Part shown: positions 20,178 through 31,649 of the stretch, piece by piece | Position numbering within the stretch: the first letter of the stretch is position 1 | Layout of the letters: each line of letters opens with the position of its first letter | Origin: Cyanidioschyzon merolae | Lineage: Eukaryota | DNA length: 64,000 bases | Reading direction: 5' to 3' (one strand) | NCBI GenBank assembly: GCA_000091205.1 | Contig: AP006484.2 | Made by a program: the position numbers and the translations under genes | The notes under the pieces: model-generated | Told to the model about the DNA's origin: nothing | The model's database searches: none | What the model saw: the letters and a program-made list of their open reading frames with translations, nothing else

Positions 20178-23171
20178 TTGCGCGGATTACTACAGGGCAT
20201 GAGGGCGTACCAGAGCACGTGGCCCTGCGGGTTCGTCACGGTGCTTCCGGCAGACCCAGAAGCGCGAGCACTATGCCCGAGTGAGCACTGGCTTCCATGG
20301 AAACACGCCGAAGACGCCCGCTACCAGCAATTGATCGTCGATCTCATTTCGAAAGATGAGAGCGTTGTTGTGCTCATCCTCATAGAGCGAACACCAGAGC
20401 AAACCGCCGAACCAAGCACAAACGCTCCGCTCGAACCGCTCCTGGGTATCGCCTTGTCGTTGCCGTTACGCCAACCCACTCAAAGCGTGACCCCAAGTCT
20501 AACGAGCCTGAAAACAGAACACGAATCTCGACGAGCAGTGAACGAGCACCTCTCGCGGCTGACGCCACTGGAAACTGGTGCGCTGGACCCAGCACCTGGC
20601 TCCTCACCGCAGAATGTGCTGCATGTGCAAGGCACTGCACATGAAGGCCTCTTAGAGTGCCACGTTTGCTACAGCCAGACTAAGGCATATGCGCGCCTCC
20701 AGCGTGATGTACTGGTATGGCGAGTCACTGACTCCCCTGACAACGAAAGGTTTCCCGAAGTTCGGATTCACTTGCGAGCGGCAGGACGATGGTACGGCAC
20801 TGGCCACCTGATGCAACAGCACTGGCCCAGCTGCGCGGCTTGCCTTGAACTAGGGCCTTTCTATCCTTTCGATAATGGAGTGTGCGGGCTAGGGACCCTC
20901 GCTATTCCCGGCTGGTGTACCACCGGGGGATTTGCAATTCTGGTTGACGAGCGTAGGACACCCTATCTTCATGTAGGTATGAATGCACCACGTGAAACAG
21001 ATGCTGCAGCCTCACGTCGTGCCTGGACGGTAGGCCATGAGAACGCGCTGCGACAGGTACTTCCACTGCGAGACAGACGTTTTCCGCCTCGAGCCTTGGC
21101 TGGATCACACCAGAGCCCGTTACCTCTAGGTGACGACCTGCTCCGCATCCAGTCACGCTACGGTTACGACTACGAACGTGTCTGGCATCCATTATTGGGT
21201 ACTCGACTCGGATACGAAGACGAACTTGTGGTCTATGTGCATCTAGTGGTTACTCCTCGGCCAAACGTGCGCGCAGCGCGTGAGGCGCTCCTCGAACGCA
21301 TGGGTGCAGCGGCGACGGGGAGACGACTTTTGTCCCCACCTCGAAGCCTGCTCCAGCATCCTATTTGGACGACCTGGGCCCGCTTCAAGCAGAACGTAAC
21401 ACAGGAGGATGTTCTGAGTTTTGCGCAAGAGATTGCAGCGCGGAACCTGCCGCGCAGTGTGATGGAAATCGATGATCGTTGGTCCGAAGCCTATGGTGAT
21501 TTTCGCTTCGATAGGGTCAAGTTTCCGCAACCAGCACAGATGGTGCAGGCGCTGCATGCTCTGGGCTTCAAAGTAACGCTTTGGTGCACTGCTTTTATTG
21601 AGGAAAAGAGTCAAGCGTATCTAGAGGGGCGTTCGAAAGGGTATCTGGTTGCCGATGGGGCCCTCTTTCCCTGGTGGCAACCGCAGCCGGTCGCTGCGCT
21701 CGATGTGGCCAATCCAGAGGCCTGTCGCTGGTTCTTAGAGCGGGCACGAATCCTACGTGCTGAGACCGGGGTTGACGGGTTCAAGTTTGATTCAGGAGAG
21801 CCGTGTTGGTTACCCCGGCAGCTCGAGGCGTACACCCAGCTCGCATATCCCGGTCAGTATACGGACTGGTGGCTGCAGCGTGTTGTTCTGCCACTCATTC
21901 TTGGAACAGAGGCGCCGCAGGTCACTGGTACAGATCACAGGATAGGCATGGAGGCGAGTGCATCGCTTCCTGTGACCAGGATGGATGCTGGAAGCGTAGC
22001 AGCATCCGATGCATTTCGCGCGACTCGAGAAACCCCTTACCTCATTCGGAAAGCAGCAACTCGCGAAGCACAGCCCGAGACAGAGAGCCCGCGCTTCTCG
22101 GTAGAAGCCGAAGCGCGAACAAACTCAGGAGTTGCCGCCCATGCCGTACTGTCTGCGACAACCTTGGACGACGCAGAGCAGGTGCCTGTTGCTCCCGCCG
22201 AGGCTCGCGCAGCGACAGCCACTGGACTCGCGGCGGGTGCCCAGCCAGCCCAGTGGATCCCTTGTCTGTACCGCATGTTCGATCGTTTCTCCCATGACGG
22301 GATCGACAACGGGCTAGCGTCGGTGATCCCCACCATGCTTACCAGTGGTGTGTTGGGATTTTGCTTCGTTCTCCCAGATATGGTCGGTGGTAACGAGTAC
22401 GATCAAGTGCAGGCTGGCGCTGATCTCATGATGCGTTGGCTCTACGCGAATGCGCTGATGCCCTCCATCCAGTTATCACTGCCGCCCTGGAAATATGGAG
22501 CAAGCGTTGAGGCAGCGCTTGTTGAGGCTCTTGCTGTTCGGAAGCATATCCTCGAGGATAGCGGCCTTTTGGAGGCGCTCGTGCGTTCGGCTTGTGAAGA
22601 GGGAGCCCCCCTTGCACGGCCAATGTGGTGGCTCTGTCCTCAGCTCGCTATCTCGTGGGATATCGATGATCAGTTTATGCTGGGCGATGACGTGTTGGTA
22701 GCGCCAATGCTGACACCGCTGAGTGCGGTATACACCAGTGCAGCGATCGATGCTCTGAATGCAGACCAAGATACCCACGTACCCGGGGTGACGCATCCAC
22801 TCGGGCCGACGCCGTCGACTACCGCTACGCACACACTTGAGCGCGTGCCGCAACAAGTGCCTCCGAGCAAGTCGCCGCGTTCCTCATCCTGTACGCCAAA
22901 TATGACAGATTCACGTTCCCTGCAGCCTCGGCAACGTCAGGTCTGGTTGCCCCCTGGTAACTGGTGTGCCTATCACCCCAGCAGCAGTATCGGCGCAGTG
23001 CGGCTTGCTACGCCTGCTCCAGCACCGCTGACGGGTCCCTGCACGATCACAACGACAAGCGTTCTCCCGGTTTACGTGCGAGTCGGATCCGCCGTAGCGC
23101 GTTTCGTTTTCGCTGATGCTGAAGAAGCGGCGGCTCACCTGGTCGAAAGTCATGGTATCAACGACGCCTGA
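20178..23171 (+). CDS. Glycoside hydrolase family 31 protein (alpha-glucosidase/alpha-xylosidase-like, YicI/KIAA1161-like)
   Basis: MEIDDRWSEAYGDFRFD...FKVTLW is the GH31 (beta/alpha)8 N-terminal segment. GVDGFKFDSGE resembles the GH31 acid/base region (compare YicI VDCFKTDFGE). The motif VLPDMVGGNEYD is also present. The ~250-aa C-terminal tail is low-complexity, Pro/Ser/Thr-rich. Confidence 0.75.
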   Translation: MRGLLQGMRAYQSTWPCGFVTVLPADPEARALCPSEHWLPWKHAEDARYQQLIVDLISKDESVVVLILIERTPEQTAEPSTNAPLEPLLGIALSLPLRQPTQSVTPSLTSLKTEHESRRAVNEHLSRLTPLETGALDPAPGSSPQNVLHVQGTAHEGLLECHVCYSQTKAYARLQRDVLVWRVTDSPDNERFPEVRIHLRAAGRWYGTGHLMQQHWPSCAACLELGPFYPFDNGVCGLGTLAIPGWCTTGGFAILVDERRTPYLHVGMNAPRETDAAASRRAWTVGHENALRQVLPLRDRRFPPRALAGSHQSPLPLGDDLLRIQSRYGYDYERVWHPLLGTRLGYEDELVVYVHLVVTPRPNVRAAREALLERMGAAATGRRLLSPPRSLLQHPIWTTWARFKQNVTQEDVLSFAQEIAARNLPRSVMEIDDRWSEAYGDFRFDRVKFPQPAQMVQALHALGFKVTLWCTAFIEEKSQAYLEGRSKGYLVADGALFPWWQPQPVAALDVANPEACRWFLERARILRAETGVDGFKFDSGEPCWLPRQLEAYTQLAYPGQYTDWWLQRVVLPLILGTEAPQVTGTDHRIGMEASASLPVTRMDAGSVAASDAFRATRETPYLIRKAATREAQPETESPRFSVEAEARTNSGVAAHAVLSATTLDDAEQVPVAPAEARAATATGLAAGAQPAQWIPCLYRMFDRFSHDGIDNGLASVIPTMLTSGVLGFCFVLPDMVGGNEYDQVQAGADLMMRWLYANALMPSIQLSLPPWKYGASVEAALVEALAVRKHILEDSGLLEALVRSACEEGAPLARPMWWLCPQLAISWDIDDQFMLGDDVLVAPMLTPLSAVYTSAAIDALNADQDTHVPGVTHPLGPTPSTTATHTLERVPQQVPPSKSPRSSSCTPNMTDSRSLQPRQRQVWLPPGNWCAYHPSSSIGAVRLATPAPAPLTGPCTITTTSVLPVYVRVGSAVARFVFADAEEAAAHLVESHGINDA

Positions 23172-24364
23172 CAATGGGCTATTGCGGGCCCTGAAAAATT
23201 GAAGCGTCAACCGTTCGCAGCGCTGGAGGATCATGCAGATCCGCAGCGATATCGTGGTTTGGTGGTGTCGGGCTTTACCACTTTAGAGCACATGAAGATC
23301 GTTGATATCTGGAGCATCACGATGCTTTGCTGCTGGTGCCAGTGCTGGTGCTGCTCCAGGAACCACTGGAAATGACTTTGTACAGGCGTCATCACCCGCA
23401 TCTATGCTGTGACCTTGGCCGAGGAGTCTTCGTGGGGGAGCTTCCTGCTGCCCGCTGGGCCCCGAATAGTGGAACCCTTGTCATACTCATTTCAAAATGG
23501 TCTGAGATACAAGCTGAGCGAACGCATTGCTCGCCAGAGCGGTATCATTTGCGCACCAAGGACAAACAACAACCACACGAGGTTCAGTCCGCCGGGCTCA
23601 GAAACGTCAGGAAGGCGTCATCGTCTTAAGATGCACAAGTCTGTCAGTTTGTACAAAAGAGCGATCGGGCTGAACTGAGTCCGCCCGTTCGTAGGTAAAA
23701 GTGACGAGGTTCACCCTGGCTGGTGTCTTGGGTCGAATGCGGGTCCACACGGAGCACTGGTGCAAAGTTACGTGAGACGCTGGGAGGTTTTTCTTTGCCG
23801 TACCACCTGCTCCAGGAACAGCGAGCTTAGCACAACCAAGAGAAGTTGCTTCATGAGGGGAGGCGCTATGATGGCCGTCTATTCTCGAAACTGTCGACAA
23901 GTACAGAGGAGATGTGGCGCGAAAAGCACACGTGAGGTTAAGTGGTGCACGCCTTGCTGCAGTGCACGCGAAGACGCAGAGAAGTACAGCTGCTGCACGG
24001 GTGCAGCCTTGTCAACGAGGATGCCGTGTGTGAACGGTACGAGCAGTGCATCGTCGCTTCCGAGACGCTGCGCTACGCAATAGGGCATAGTTTGATACAT
24101 GGAAGCTTCTCTTGGCCCGATACGGAGGCGACTGACCGTGATCGACGGTTCGGGTATCCGTCTCTCTGAAACGACACTGCACCGTAGTCAAGCGAGTCAA
24201 GTGCAGTTCGCTATGCATCCAATATACGGGCGAGGTCAGCGCCGAAAATCAGTACCAGGTCTTGCTGGTGTATCGTGGAAGAAGCAGCTGCATAGGAACG
24301 TATTGGAACTGTGTAAGACAAGCTGCGAATTTGATCACTGATCTATAGTTTAGAACCGGAATTC

Positions 24365-25789
24365 TTTACACCCACGTCACTGTAAAATACAATCGATTTA
24401 TCACCAACGCCGCATAACCGAAAGCTCGGATCGCTTCAACCTCTCATAAGCACCAAACCGTTTGCGAGCAATGCTAGGCTTGCCATCCGTTGCCGTGCTC
24501 ATCTCCGGCATTCAATACACCGGTATCGCTATTCCACCAGGCCTCGTCCGTCGTCGTCGTTCAGCGGCGCTGGTGGCAGCGCTCAGCATTCACGATGACC
24601 CAGTTTCCAGCTCGTATCGATGTATTCCACACAACAACGAAAGTCCTCATCCATACAATGCTTGGCAGGTTCAGCTTCTGGGTACACAGCCGCGGTGCGC
24701 CCTTCGCAGCCGCTAACACTCGGTTGTCGTCAGGGATGCAAATGTTGCCGCCACACCGCCGCCTCATGCTCCCCTGAGCGCCGCTCTGAGGCACATCAAG
24801 ACTTGGACCAGCGCTCGCTTCTCGGCATTGACGGACGCCCACAGAGCGCTATTCGAGACGCCCTCACCCGCTGTCGATCCTGGTGCGGTTTCCCGGGATG
24901 TCGTCCCGCTTCTGGTTGATACCTTGCGCCGGTGCTCTGTCCGCGGTGCATACGATGGGGGCGCCATGCTCCCAGCCGCATCCGCATGTGGGATATTCGG
25001 TCATGTACAGGATGCAATACGTGCGGGACGGGAAATCCTTACTGCACAACTGGATCCTACGCGTCGATCCGCCTATGCTTCGTCCATGAACAACGGTGAC
25101 GCAGGCTCCACTGGAGTGCGGGTGCTGTGATGGCTCCAGCCCGAGTCCAAGGCGCTTTCGCGAGGAAACAGAAGAGACGGAGACGTCTCGCGGACGCATC
25201 CCACGAGATGTGATGTGCAGCCGTGGACTCGCGTCTCGTCGGTGTTCGCAACGAGACAGAAAGCGAGCGCGTGGACAGCGGAGATCGTCTCTCGAACGGA
25301 GTCGATGATTCGACGCACGAAGCTCAGTGAGCGTCTGGCACGATGCTGTGACATACTTGTCAAGCGGCAAGGTAGAGTGCTTTCCCTCGTCAGTCCGGAC
25401 GCGGCACCTGCTGCGCGTACGTGTTGCCTCGAAACCGAACGATCGCATACTTGAGGCGTGTGTGGATTCGGCACGCTTTACGTAAGGAGAAGCGAAGAAC
25501 AGACGCTTGCCCGTCTGCACTGCATCGTGATACCGTCCAGCTTACGAACACTGGGTCGAGGGCGTCGCGACTCCTCTTGGACTCGGTCGAGAGTACGGAT
25601 AGCAGCGGCGAGGCGTCCGTGAAGTCACTTGGAAAAACTTCCGAGCCTCTCTGAATGACGCACGAGTTCGTGAGCCGTCACCGCTGGACTTGGAATACCG
25701 AAGCTGTCCATGTAAAGCATAGCTCGGAAAAATAGATACAGACAAATAGAACGAGCAGGTCAGTGTTTCATTTTACCTGAAACGTGTAT
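24365..25789. repeat. Right copy of 1425-bp direct repeat flanking the GH31 gene
   Basis: See 18402..19826. This copy has identical length and differs only by point substitutions. Confidence 0.9.
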
Positions 25790-26149
25790 AGATCTCGTGG
25801 TGCGAAAAAACAAGATACTCGTGCGCTTGTTCGGCGAAACCTGAGAGCGTTCGCAGGATCTGTCTATATTCTGGAGCAGTGGACGCCCGCAGGTTCCAGG
25901 CCCCGGTCAAGACCCGTTCTTTTTCACGCAACGAGCTGCCGGAGACGCCCCTGCAAAAGCACATGTGCGCTGGCGTTTTTCCCATGGACGTCACGAATGC
26001 TACGTTTCGAACAACCGCCCAAGTCCAGAGCTCTTGAACGACTCCAGCAACTATCGTCACAGCATGCCTGTGCCGTTCAGATACAAAGCACGTTCTCTTG
26101 GAGACGCATTGCCCGTCCTTCCTGGACATCACGACGACACCTGCACCGT

Positions 26150-28339
26150 TCACACATTGGACACGTTTTTCTGGATACGCATCGCCCATCTTTCCAGGAG
26201 ACGAGATTTTCGAGCGAGCGGGTCCGCAGCTAACGCCCGAATAGCATCCCGCAGCTGAATTGTCGAGTATGCGCTCATCCCACGTGGCAACGTCGAAGAC
26301 GCAGCCGACGCTTCTGGTGCTGTGCTTGCGTGCTGCCGCGCAGCCAGCCGTGGTTTGGTACGACGCTCCGACTCCCAGTCTGGCTCCGCTGTGGTGCCAT
26401 CGTTGGCGTCTGCTCGTTCGTAATCGGTTGTAGAGGGACGCGTACGCGTTGGAACAGGACGCTTTCGGCGAGCTGCAGTCAGTGCAGCGAGCATTCCACT
26501 CAGCGCCACATTGGTCTCCTGGACTTTTTCCCGTTGACGAGCTTGCTCCAACGCAAGCCGACGGTGATGGAGCTGGACTCCAGTATCGGCGTTCTCACCC
26601 TCGTCTGGCAGGTTCAGCGCATATCGCTTTCGAGCTCGCTCTTCCAAGAGTTTCTTGCGCTGCTGTGCCAGCACACGTCGTACAGATGATTCGGGTACAA
26701 CCAGAGTCAGCGCGTATCGGGGATATGCCTGGCGCCTAGCTGCTGTCCACTGGAGCGTGCGCTCGAGCACTTGCCGCAGTCGCGTCTCTGCGGCCTGACT
26801 GAGCAGGGCAAGGCATGACTTGGCTGCCCGCAGGTTCCCGTGTCTCTGGAGCGCCTCCAGGAAACGCGCTGTTAACGCTTGCTGATCGAGGAGAAACGAT
26901 TCCGGTGCGGCGTCTACGACCGCAGTGACAACATTCTCCTGTTCCAGAAGAGCTCGTTCTCGTTCCAAGTCTACCTTGACGAGACGCTCTACATCGTCGT
27001 CATCGTCGTTGCCAGTATCTTCAGGCCCAGGGCTTGCAGCACTTCCGTCTGGTTCATTGGCGGCATTATCTTCATCGTCATCATCATGCTCCCTTGTCTG
27101 AGTACCTGCTGCTGCTGCCGACGATACAGCGCTTTCGATTGCAATCATAGGGCCAGCGCCGGCTGCTGCATGGCGTTGCGAAGCGAGGGATGCTCCACCA
27201 ACAACTCCGCCCGCCTCGCGAGCACTCTGCAACGACTGCGCGTAGGGTAGTGAGTTCGCACTCGGCACCGGCCTGGAGCCTGGCATGGATCGTCGCTCAG
27301 CGCTGGCTCCTCCGGGGCGCGTGCCCGAGGGAGTAGGGTGCGTTTTGGGAAGCGCAGTGACCTCGCTCCCGACGACAGCTGCCGGCATGCCCGTTCGGCT
27401 CGTTACTGGATCAGCGCTTGGTGGCTCCGTTCGTGATGCAGGTGCGGGAGCGTCTCCAGTTGCCGACCCAGCCGTCCCTGAAGTCGATGCTGCAGGTGCC
27501 TGCCGCGGTGCAGTGCAGAAGCGCACAAAGTCGCCCCAGAGATCCGGCACAGCACCATCCGTCGCTCGGTGAAAGAGTTCCCGCAGTGCTCTCCGAAATG
27601 AATGATAGTCTGTACGATCCTCGGCGAGTTCGCAGAGCTTATCACGAATCGCCCGTCGATACGAATTGAAGACATTCAACTGCGATGCATCCAGGCTATT
27701 CAAAGAAGCCTGACGTCCACGCATATGCTCTAAGAGTCGTCCCATGAAGTAACGCGCAAAGCGTTGGGCGAGGAAGAGCTCCGACTGGCGCTGCTGCGGC
27801 GTTCGACTCGAGTTCGGGTTCGCTGCTGGTGTTGCCCCCGAAGGCGCCGTTATCGTTGCTGTTGTTAGCGGCGGTGGCGGCAGTGGTGGTGACGTACCTG
27901 CACCAGTCGATGCTGCTCGTTCGCCTGCACCGGCTCGGGCTGCTGTCCCGATGCTTGCCGCACTCGCCACCGCGACTGGCGTCTGTGCTGCACCCTGGCG
28001 ACCGGCGAGGGCGCTCGCACTGGATGACGTGCTCAGTGGCACGGAAAGCAACGATGCTCCCACTCCGTTCCCATTGCCACCCTGTCGGTAACTGCTTGAC
28101 TGGATCAGCGACGCTAGGGTATCGATTTCCCGCTGTAGCGCCCCGTCGCCATCTGGAGCGCGTGCTCCCCGTAAACTAGAAACGTACTCGTCTAGGGCTG
28201 CACCGGGTGCAGCCGCTTCCGACTGATCCCTCGTTGGTCCGGCAGATCGTGCCCTAGGCGATGCCCTTCTCATGGAACGCGGTTGACAGGGGGTTTCCTT
28301 GCTGGAGTACGTCGCACCCGCGGACGCCTGTGCTTGCAC
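26150..28339 (-). CDS. TAF4: TAF4-like protein (TFIID subunit 4), highly low-complexity
   Basis: The C-terminal region contains ...LTARFLEALQRHGNLRAAKSCLALLSQAAETRLRQVLERTLQW...LAQQRKKLLEERARKRYALNLPDE...NVALSGMLAALTAARRKRP. This matches the conserved TAF4 C-terminal domain pattern (LLSxAxxxRLxxLxE… then ANLTALAAIGPRKKRK). The rest of the protein is Ala/Ser/Pro-rich with a DDDDEDN acidic tract. Confidence 0.55.
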   Translation of the reverse strand: MQAQASAGATYSSKETPCQPRSMRRASPRARSAGPTRDQSEAAAPGAALDEYVSSLRGARAPDGDGALQREIDTLASLIQSSSYRQGGNGNGVGASLLSVPLSTSSSASALAGRQGAAQTPVAVASAASIGTAARAGAGERAASTGAGTSPPLPPPPLTTATITAPSGATPAANPNSSRTPQQRQSELFLAQRFARYFMGRLLEHMRGRQASLNSLDASQLNVFNSYRRAIRDKLCELAEDRTDYHSFRRALRELFHRATDGAVPDLWGDFVRFCTAPRQAPAASTSGTAGSATGDAPAPASRTEPPSADPVTSRTGMPAAVVGSEVTALPKTHPTPSGTRPGGASAERRSMPGSRPVPSANSLPYAQSLQSAREAGGVVGGASLASQRHAAAGAGPMIAIESAVSSAAAAGTQTREHDDDDEDNAANEPDGSAASPGPEDTGNDDDDDVERLVKVDLERERALLEQENVVTAVVDAAPESFLLDQQALTARFLEALQRHGNLRAAKSCLALLSQAAETRLRQVLERTLQWTAARRQAYPRYALTLVVPESSVRRVLAQQRKKLLEERARKRYALNLPDEGENADTGVQLHHRRLALEQARQREKVQETNVALSGMLAALTAARRKRPVPTRTRPSTTDYERADANDGTTAEPDWESERRTKPRLAARQHASTAPEASAASSTLPRGMSAYSTIQLRDAIRALAADPLARKSRLLERWAMRIQKNVSNV

Positions 28340-30007
28340 TCGCAGGAAGCGTACGCGTTTTACGGCTGCTCGACGGCACCCCCGGCGACCGCGGAGAAGC
28401 TCACTCGAGTCTACGCAGTTGTAGACGCTGGTCCTAGGGCTCTGAAACTCCTGCTGGAAGCGCGTTTAGTAGGAAAGCGACTCGCTAGAAGAACGCCCCC
28501 GTAAAAGCGGTCGGTATATATAGACGCTGTTGGTTGAAGTGTTCAGCGCCGGAGCATGAGGCGCAGGATAGCGGCGTTCGCGTGCCCTGGAACTGTTCTC
28601 CCTGCAGTGCTCCGGGAAAAGTGTTTGCAACAGCCGTTTGTTTACACTGTGTGCTTCAAGTGAGGGGTTCACGAGGAAGGTTCCTGAGGACGAGAACTGG
28701 AGTGTGCCTGAAGGGTTCGCGCTCGCGCCTCTAGAAGTGGCTTTTGGGCGCGAACGACGCTGCTGTTGTGGGTGTACGCTTCGGCACCAGCTGACAGGTC
28801 ACTGGTAACGTGGAGAACCCCTGTGAGCAGTTGGAAGTATTTGGTTCGTCTAGGTCGGCACAGGTGTTGCATCCTGGTTCGCTTTTCGCGTTCTTGGCTT
28901 TGTTGAGAGCAAGTTGGAGCACGGGCGGTAACGAGGCCGGACGAGCGCCTATAAGAACCGAACTTCAACTGCTTGTCCAGTGCTGTGGCCGTGCTTCCTT
29001 ATAGCGTTCACTGTAGGAGGACCGATCAAAGTCTCTGGTGGCGTTACAGGCTTGGGCGGCGACTCGCTCGCGCAGCTTTACGTCATGGTCTACGAGTGCA
29101 CGGTAGCGGGCGGGTTGCGAGCACGCGTTGGGGAGAACGCGCTCGAGAACCAGGCTCTCTGTCGAAGTGCTCGGCAGAACGACTGGTGGTTTCACCTCGA
29201 GTCGCTGCCGTCCCCGCACTGCGTCCTGGAGAACCCAAACGGGGCCTGGAGAGAGCCCCCTCGCGAAGCAGTTTTGGCTTGTGCTCAGCTCGTGAAAGAG
29301 CGTTCAAAATGGCGTCAGGTGCATCGCGTCACGGTTATCTATCTACCGGCCAAATATGTCAGCAGGAGACATCTTCAATCGGACGAAAAACCTGGCAGTG
29401 TCGTGTTGCTGAAAGAGCCCCGTCGAGTCGTCATTTAGGGACCCATAGGGATATCAGGAGAAAGAACGCGAGCGCACATCGGCACACTGATAATCATATG
29501 CAGCGCCACTGAAACGTACTTACTCATTCATGCGTACCGTCATCGACATGTGACGGAGTGCTTCGTCATGCTTGCACATAACGACGATCCGCGGGCAATT
29601 CGGTAAAGATACGCATTACCTTGCACCGCCAGCGTGGATTTGTATCCCCGCGCATCAAGTTGGTACGTGTGAGAACCGTACATCATTCGACATGGAGAAG
29701 CGCTCGGCACCTGCGTCACGAGATGCACAGTGCGATCCATGAGCTGTTTTCTACAGGCGTTGGAGAAGGTCGCTTTGTGCACACGTGCAGCCAACTGACG
29801 TATTCTTAACTGGTTTCTGAAACCGTCTATCCGAGAAACATTCTATAAGCACAGGATGGTCCTCTCGACAGAGGTAACCATCAGCCGGCGTATACGTGTT
29901 CGTGAAGCGAAGCACCGAGAAGCTGTATCTTATGGGTTCGTGCTCCGGAGCCGAGCGCTGCCTGCGGTAACAAGGTGAAAGCCGTTGACGATCTAAGGAC
30001 GGCCTGC

Positions 30008-30030
30008 CTGTCTCTCTCTCTCTCTTTCTG
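30008..30030. repeat. (CT)n dinucleotide microsatellite, about 9 units
   Basis: Reads tgtctctctctctctctttctg. Confidence 0.8.
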
Positions 30031-30392
30031 AGAATGCTCATTCCCGCCATTGGGACCGTGTCGCATACGTACCTTCACAAGATTGATGGCGATGCAAACG
30101 GAACGGTTTCCTCTTGCTTCGAATAGAGACGCAGGATGCATACGCGGAGGCCCCTAACAGCGTCAAGGCGCATGCGACACCATTCCGAGCGACCTTCACT
30201 AGCATAGGAAGCACTCGCTATCCCGTTCGGATACTTGATCCAGGGTGCCTCGACGTCTGCTTCCGCGTAAAAACTGTTGTTCTGACATGCTACAGTCTAC
30301 TTCGGTTCCAGCTTCGAAGACGTGAGCATAGCCCGTAATTTGCCTGCAGTCCACACAGCAATTCCGCTCCAGATCTGTATTTTACGCAATGT

Positions 30393-30752
30393 TCATGCAG
30401 CGCGCGTCTCGAGGTACGCACGCGCCTTTCGAAACAAGTGGTACAGCCCGGTCGCGCACACGAAAACGTTCACCGTTGCCAGACTGTAGTTCTTGGGTAC
30501 TATCTGGAACGACCACCGTGCCCAGATCGCCCCAGTTGCTGCAAGCGCTACGTTCTGTGCCGTGGACACTCGATCAACAGGGCGATTTAGATCCCGGATA
30601 CCAGCGATGACTAGCGCCCACTTCATAGCCGGCGCCCAGAAGAACACCGTGCGTGGCCCCGCCGGGCTATTGATGAACTGGCGAAGCCGCGACGCAGACG
30701 CCGTGGAGGCAGTTCCAGTGCCAGACTGACCCGGAGGCTTCATTTCACCCAT
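30393..30752 (-). CDS. MPC: Mitochondrial pyruvate carrier (MPC/UPF0041 family), 119 aa
   Basis: FFWAPAMKWALVIAGIRDLNRPVDRVSTAQNVALAATGAIWARWSFQIVPKNYSLATVNVFVCATGLYHLFR aligns along its full length with the conserved MPC1/MPC2 core (HFWGPVANWGLPIAA...MRFA..VQPRN.LLFACH..N..AQ). Confidence 0.8.
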   Translation of the reverse strand: MGEMKPPGQSGTGTASTASASRLRQFINSPAGPRTVFFWAPAMKWALVIAGIRDLNRPVDRVSTAQNVALAATGAIWARWSFQIVPKNYSLATVNVFVCATGLYHLFRKARAYLETRAA

Positions 30753-31001
30753 AGTCAGCAGATAACGAATAAATCGTATACACGTAAGTTGCCAGCGCTA
30801 GCCCTCGTCTGATACCGTCCAGACAACGGCCAAGCAGCGTGCGCAAGCGATCGAGGGTAGGGCGTTAGAGCGTCGTGCGCTGCAACTGAAGCGCCAACGA
30901 TCAAAAGCATCGAGATCGCAAAAGAAGTATGACACTAATGTATAGAACTATACAAAAGGTGAATGCGCCTCTGACGCTGCTGCATGCTGGTGTGTGATGT
31001 C

Positions 31002-31158
31002 CACGCACAGCACGGCACGGCACGGCACGGCACGGCACGGCACAGCACGGCACGGCACGGCACGGCACGGCACGGCACGGCACGGCACGGCACAGCACGG
31101 CACGGCACGGCACGGCACGGCACGGCACGGCACGGCACAGCACGGCACAGCACGGCAG
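31002..31158. repeat. (CACGG)n microsatellite, about 31 units, with occasional CACAG variants
   Basis: The pentanucleotide run is visible directly. The overlapping ORFs in all frames (poly-HGTAR, poly-AVPCR) are artefacts of the repeat. Confidence 0.95.
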
Positions 31159-31649
31159 CGGCGCGCGAAACGTCGAGCAGACCTCTGGTCGGTCATGCAC
31201 GCACGCAGCATCCTCGTGCATCGAAGCTTTTCATGGCGGCAAGCACGTTGGAAATGAAGCAGGAACGATCATCCAGACGTGTACGTACTGTGTTCCATGC
31301 AGAACAGTGAATGCTGGAACAGCAGTGCCAACGCGTTCTTTCTGTTTCTATTTGATCCCCTCGCGGGTGTACATCAATGGGAATGCACCTTGGGATTGAG
31401 TCAAGGTCGAGCAACAAGGCTTCAGGCTACTACTGCTCGCTTTGGACGGAATGGCACCACTTGCACGAGTCTGATATGCTACGGTTAGCAGGTTGATGGA
31501 CCATCATTCATGTAGTTCGTACCCTGAACGTACTGCACCACACACAGAACTTTTCAAGTCTGTCCATGGGACTGCATCCTCTTCAATCGGTAGCAATCCA
31601 TAAGGTCTTTGATTAGTACCATCAAAGGAGCCATAAAATGTCGAGTTTG

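Noticed and set aside
18402-25789. LTR-retrotransposon interpretation of the 1.4-kb direct repeats.
   Set aside because: The interior holds only a GH31 glycosidase gene, with no gag, RT or integrase. The repeat ends are TTTACACC…GTGTAT rather than TG…CA, and no target-site duplication is evident at the outer junctions.
30984-31310. ORFs encoding poly(HGTAR)/(AVPCR) repeats as repeat proteins.
   Set aside because: They are produced in every frame on both strands by the (CACGG)n microsatellite. They are translation artefacts.
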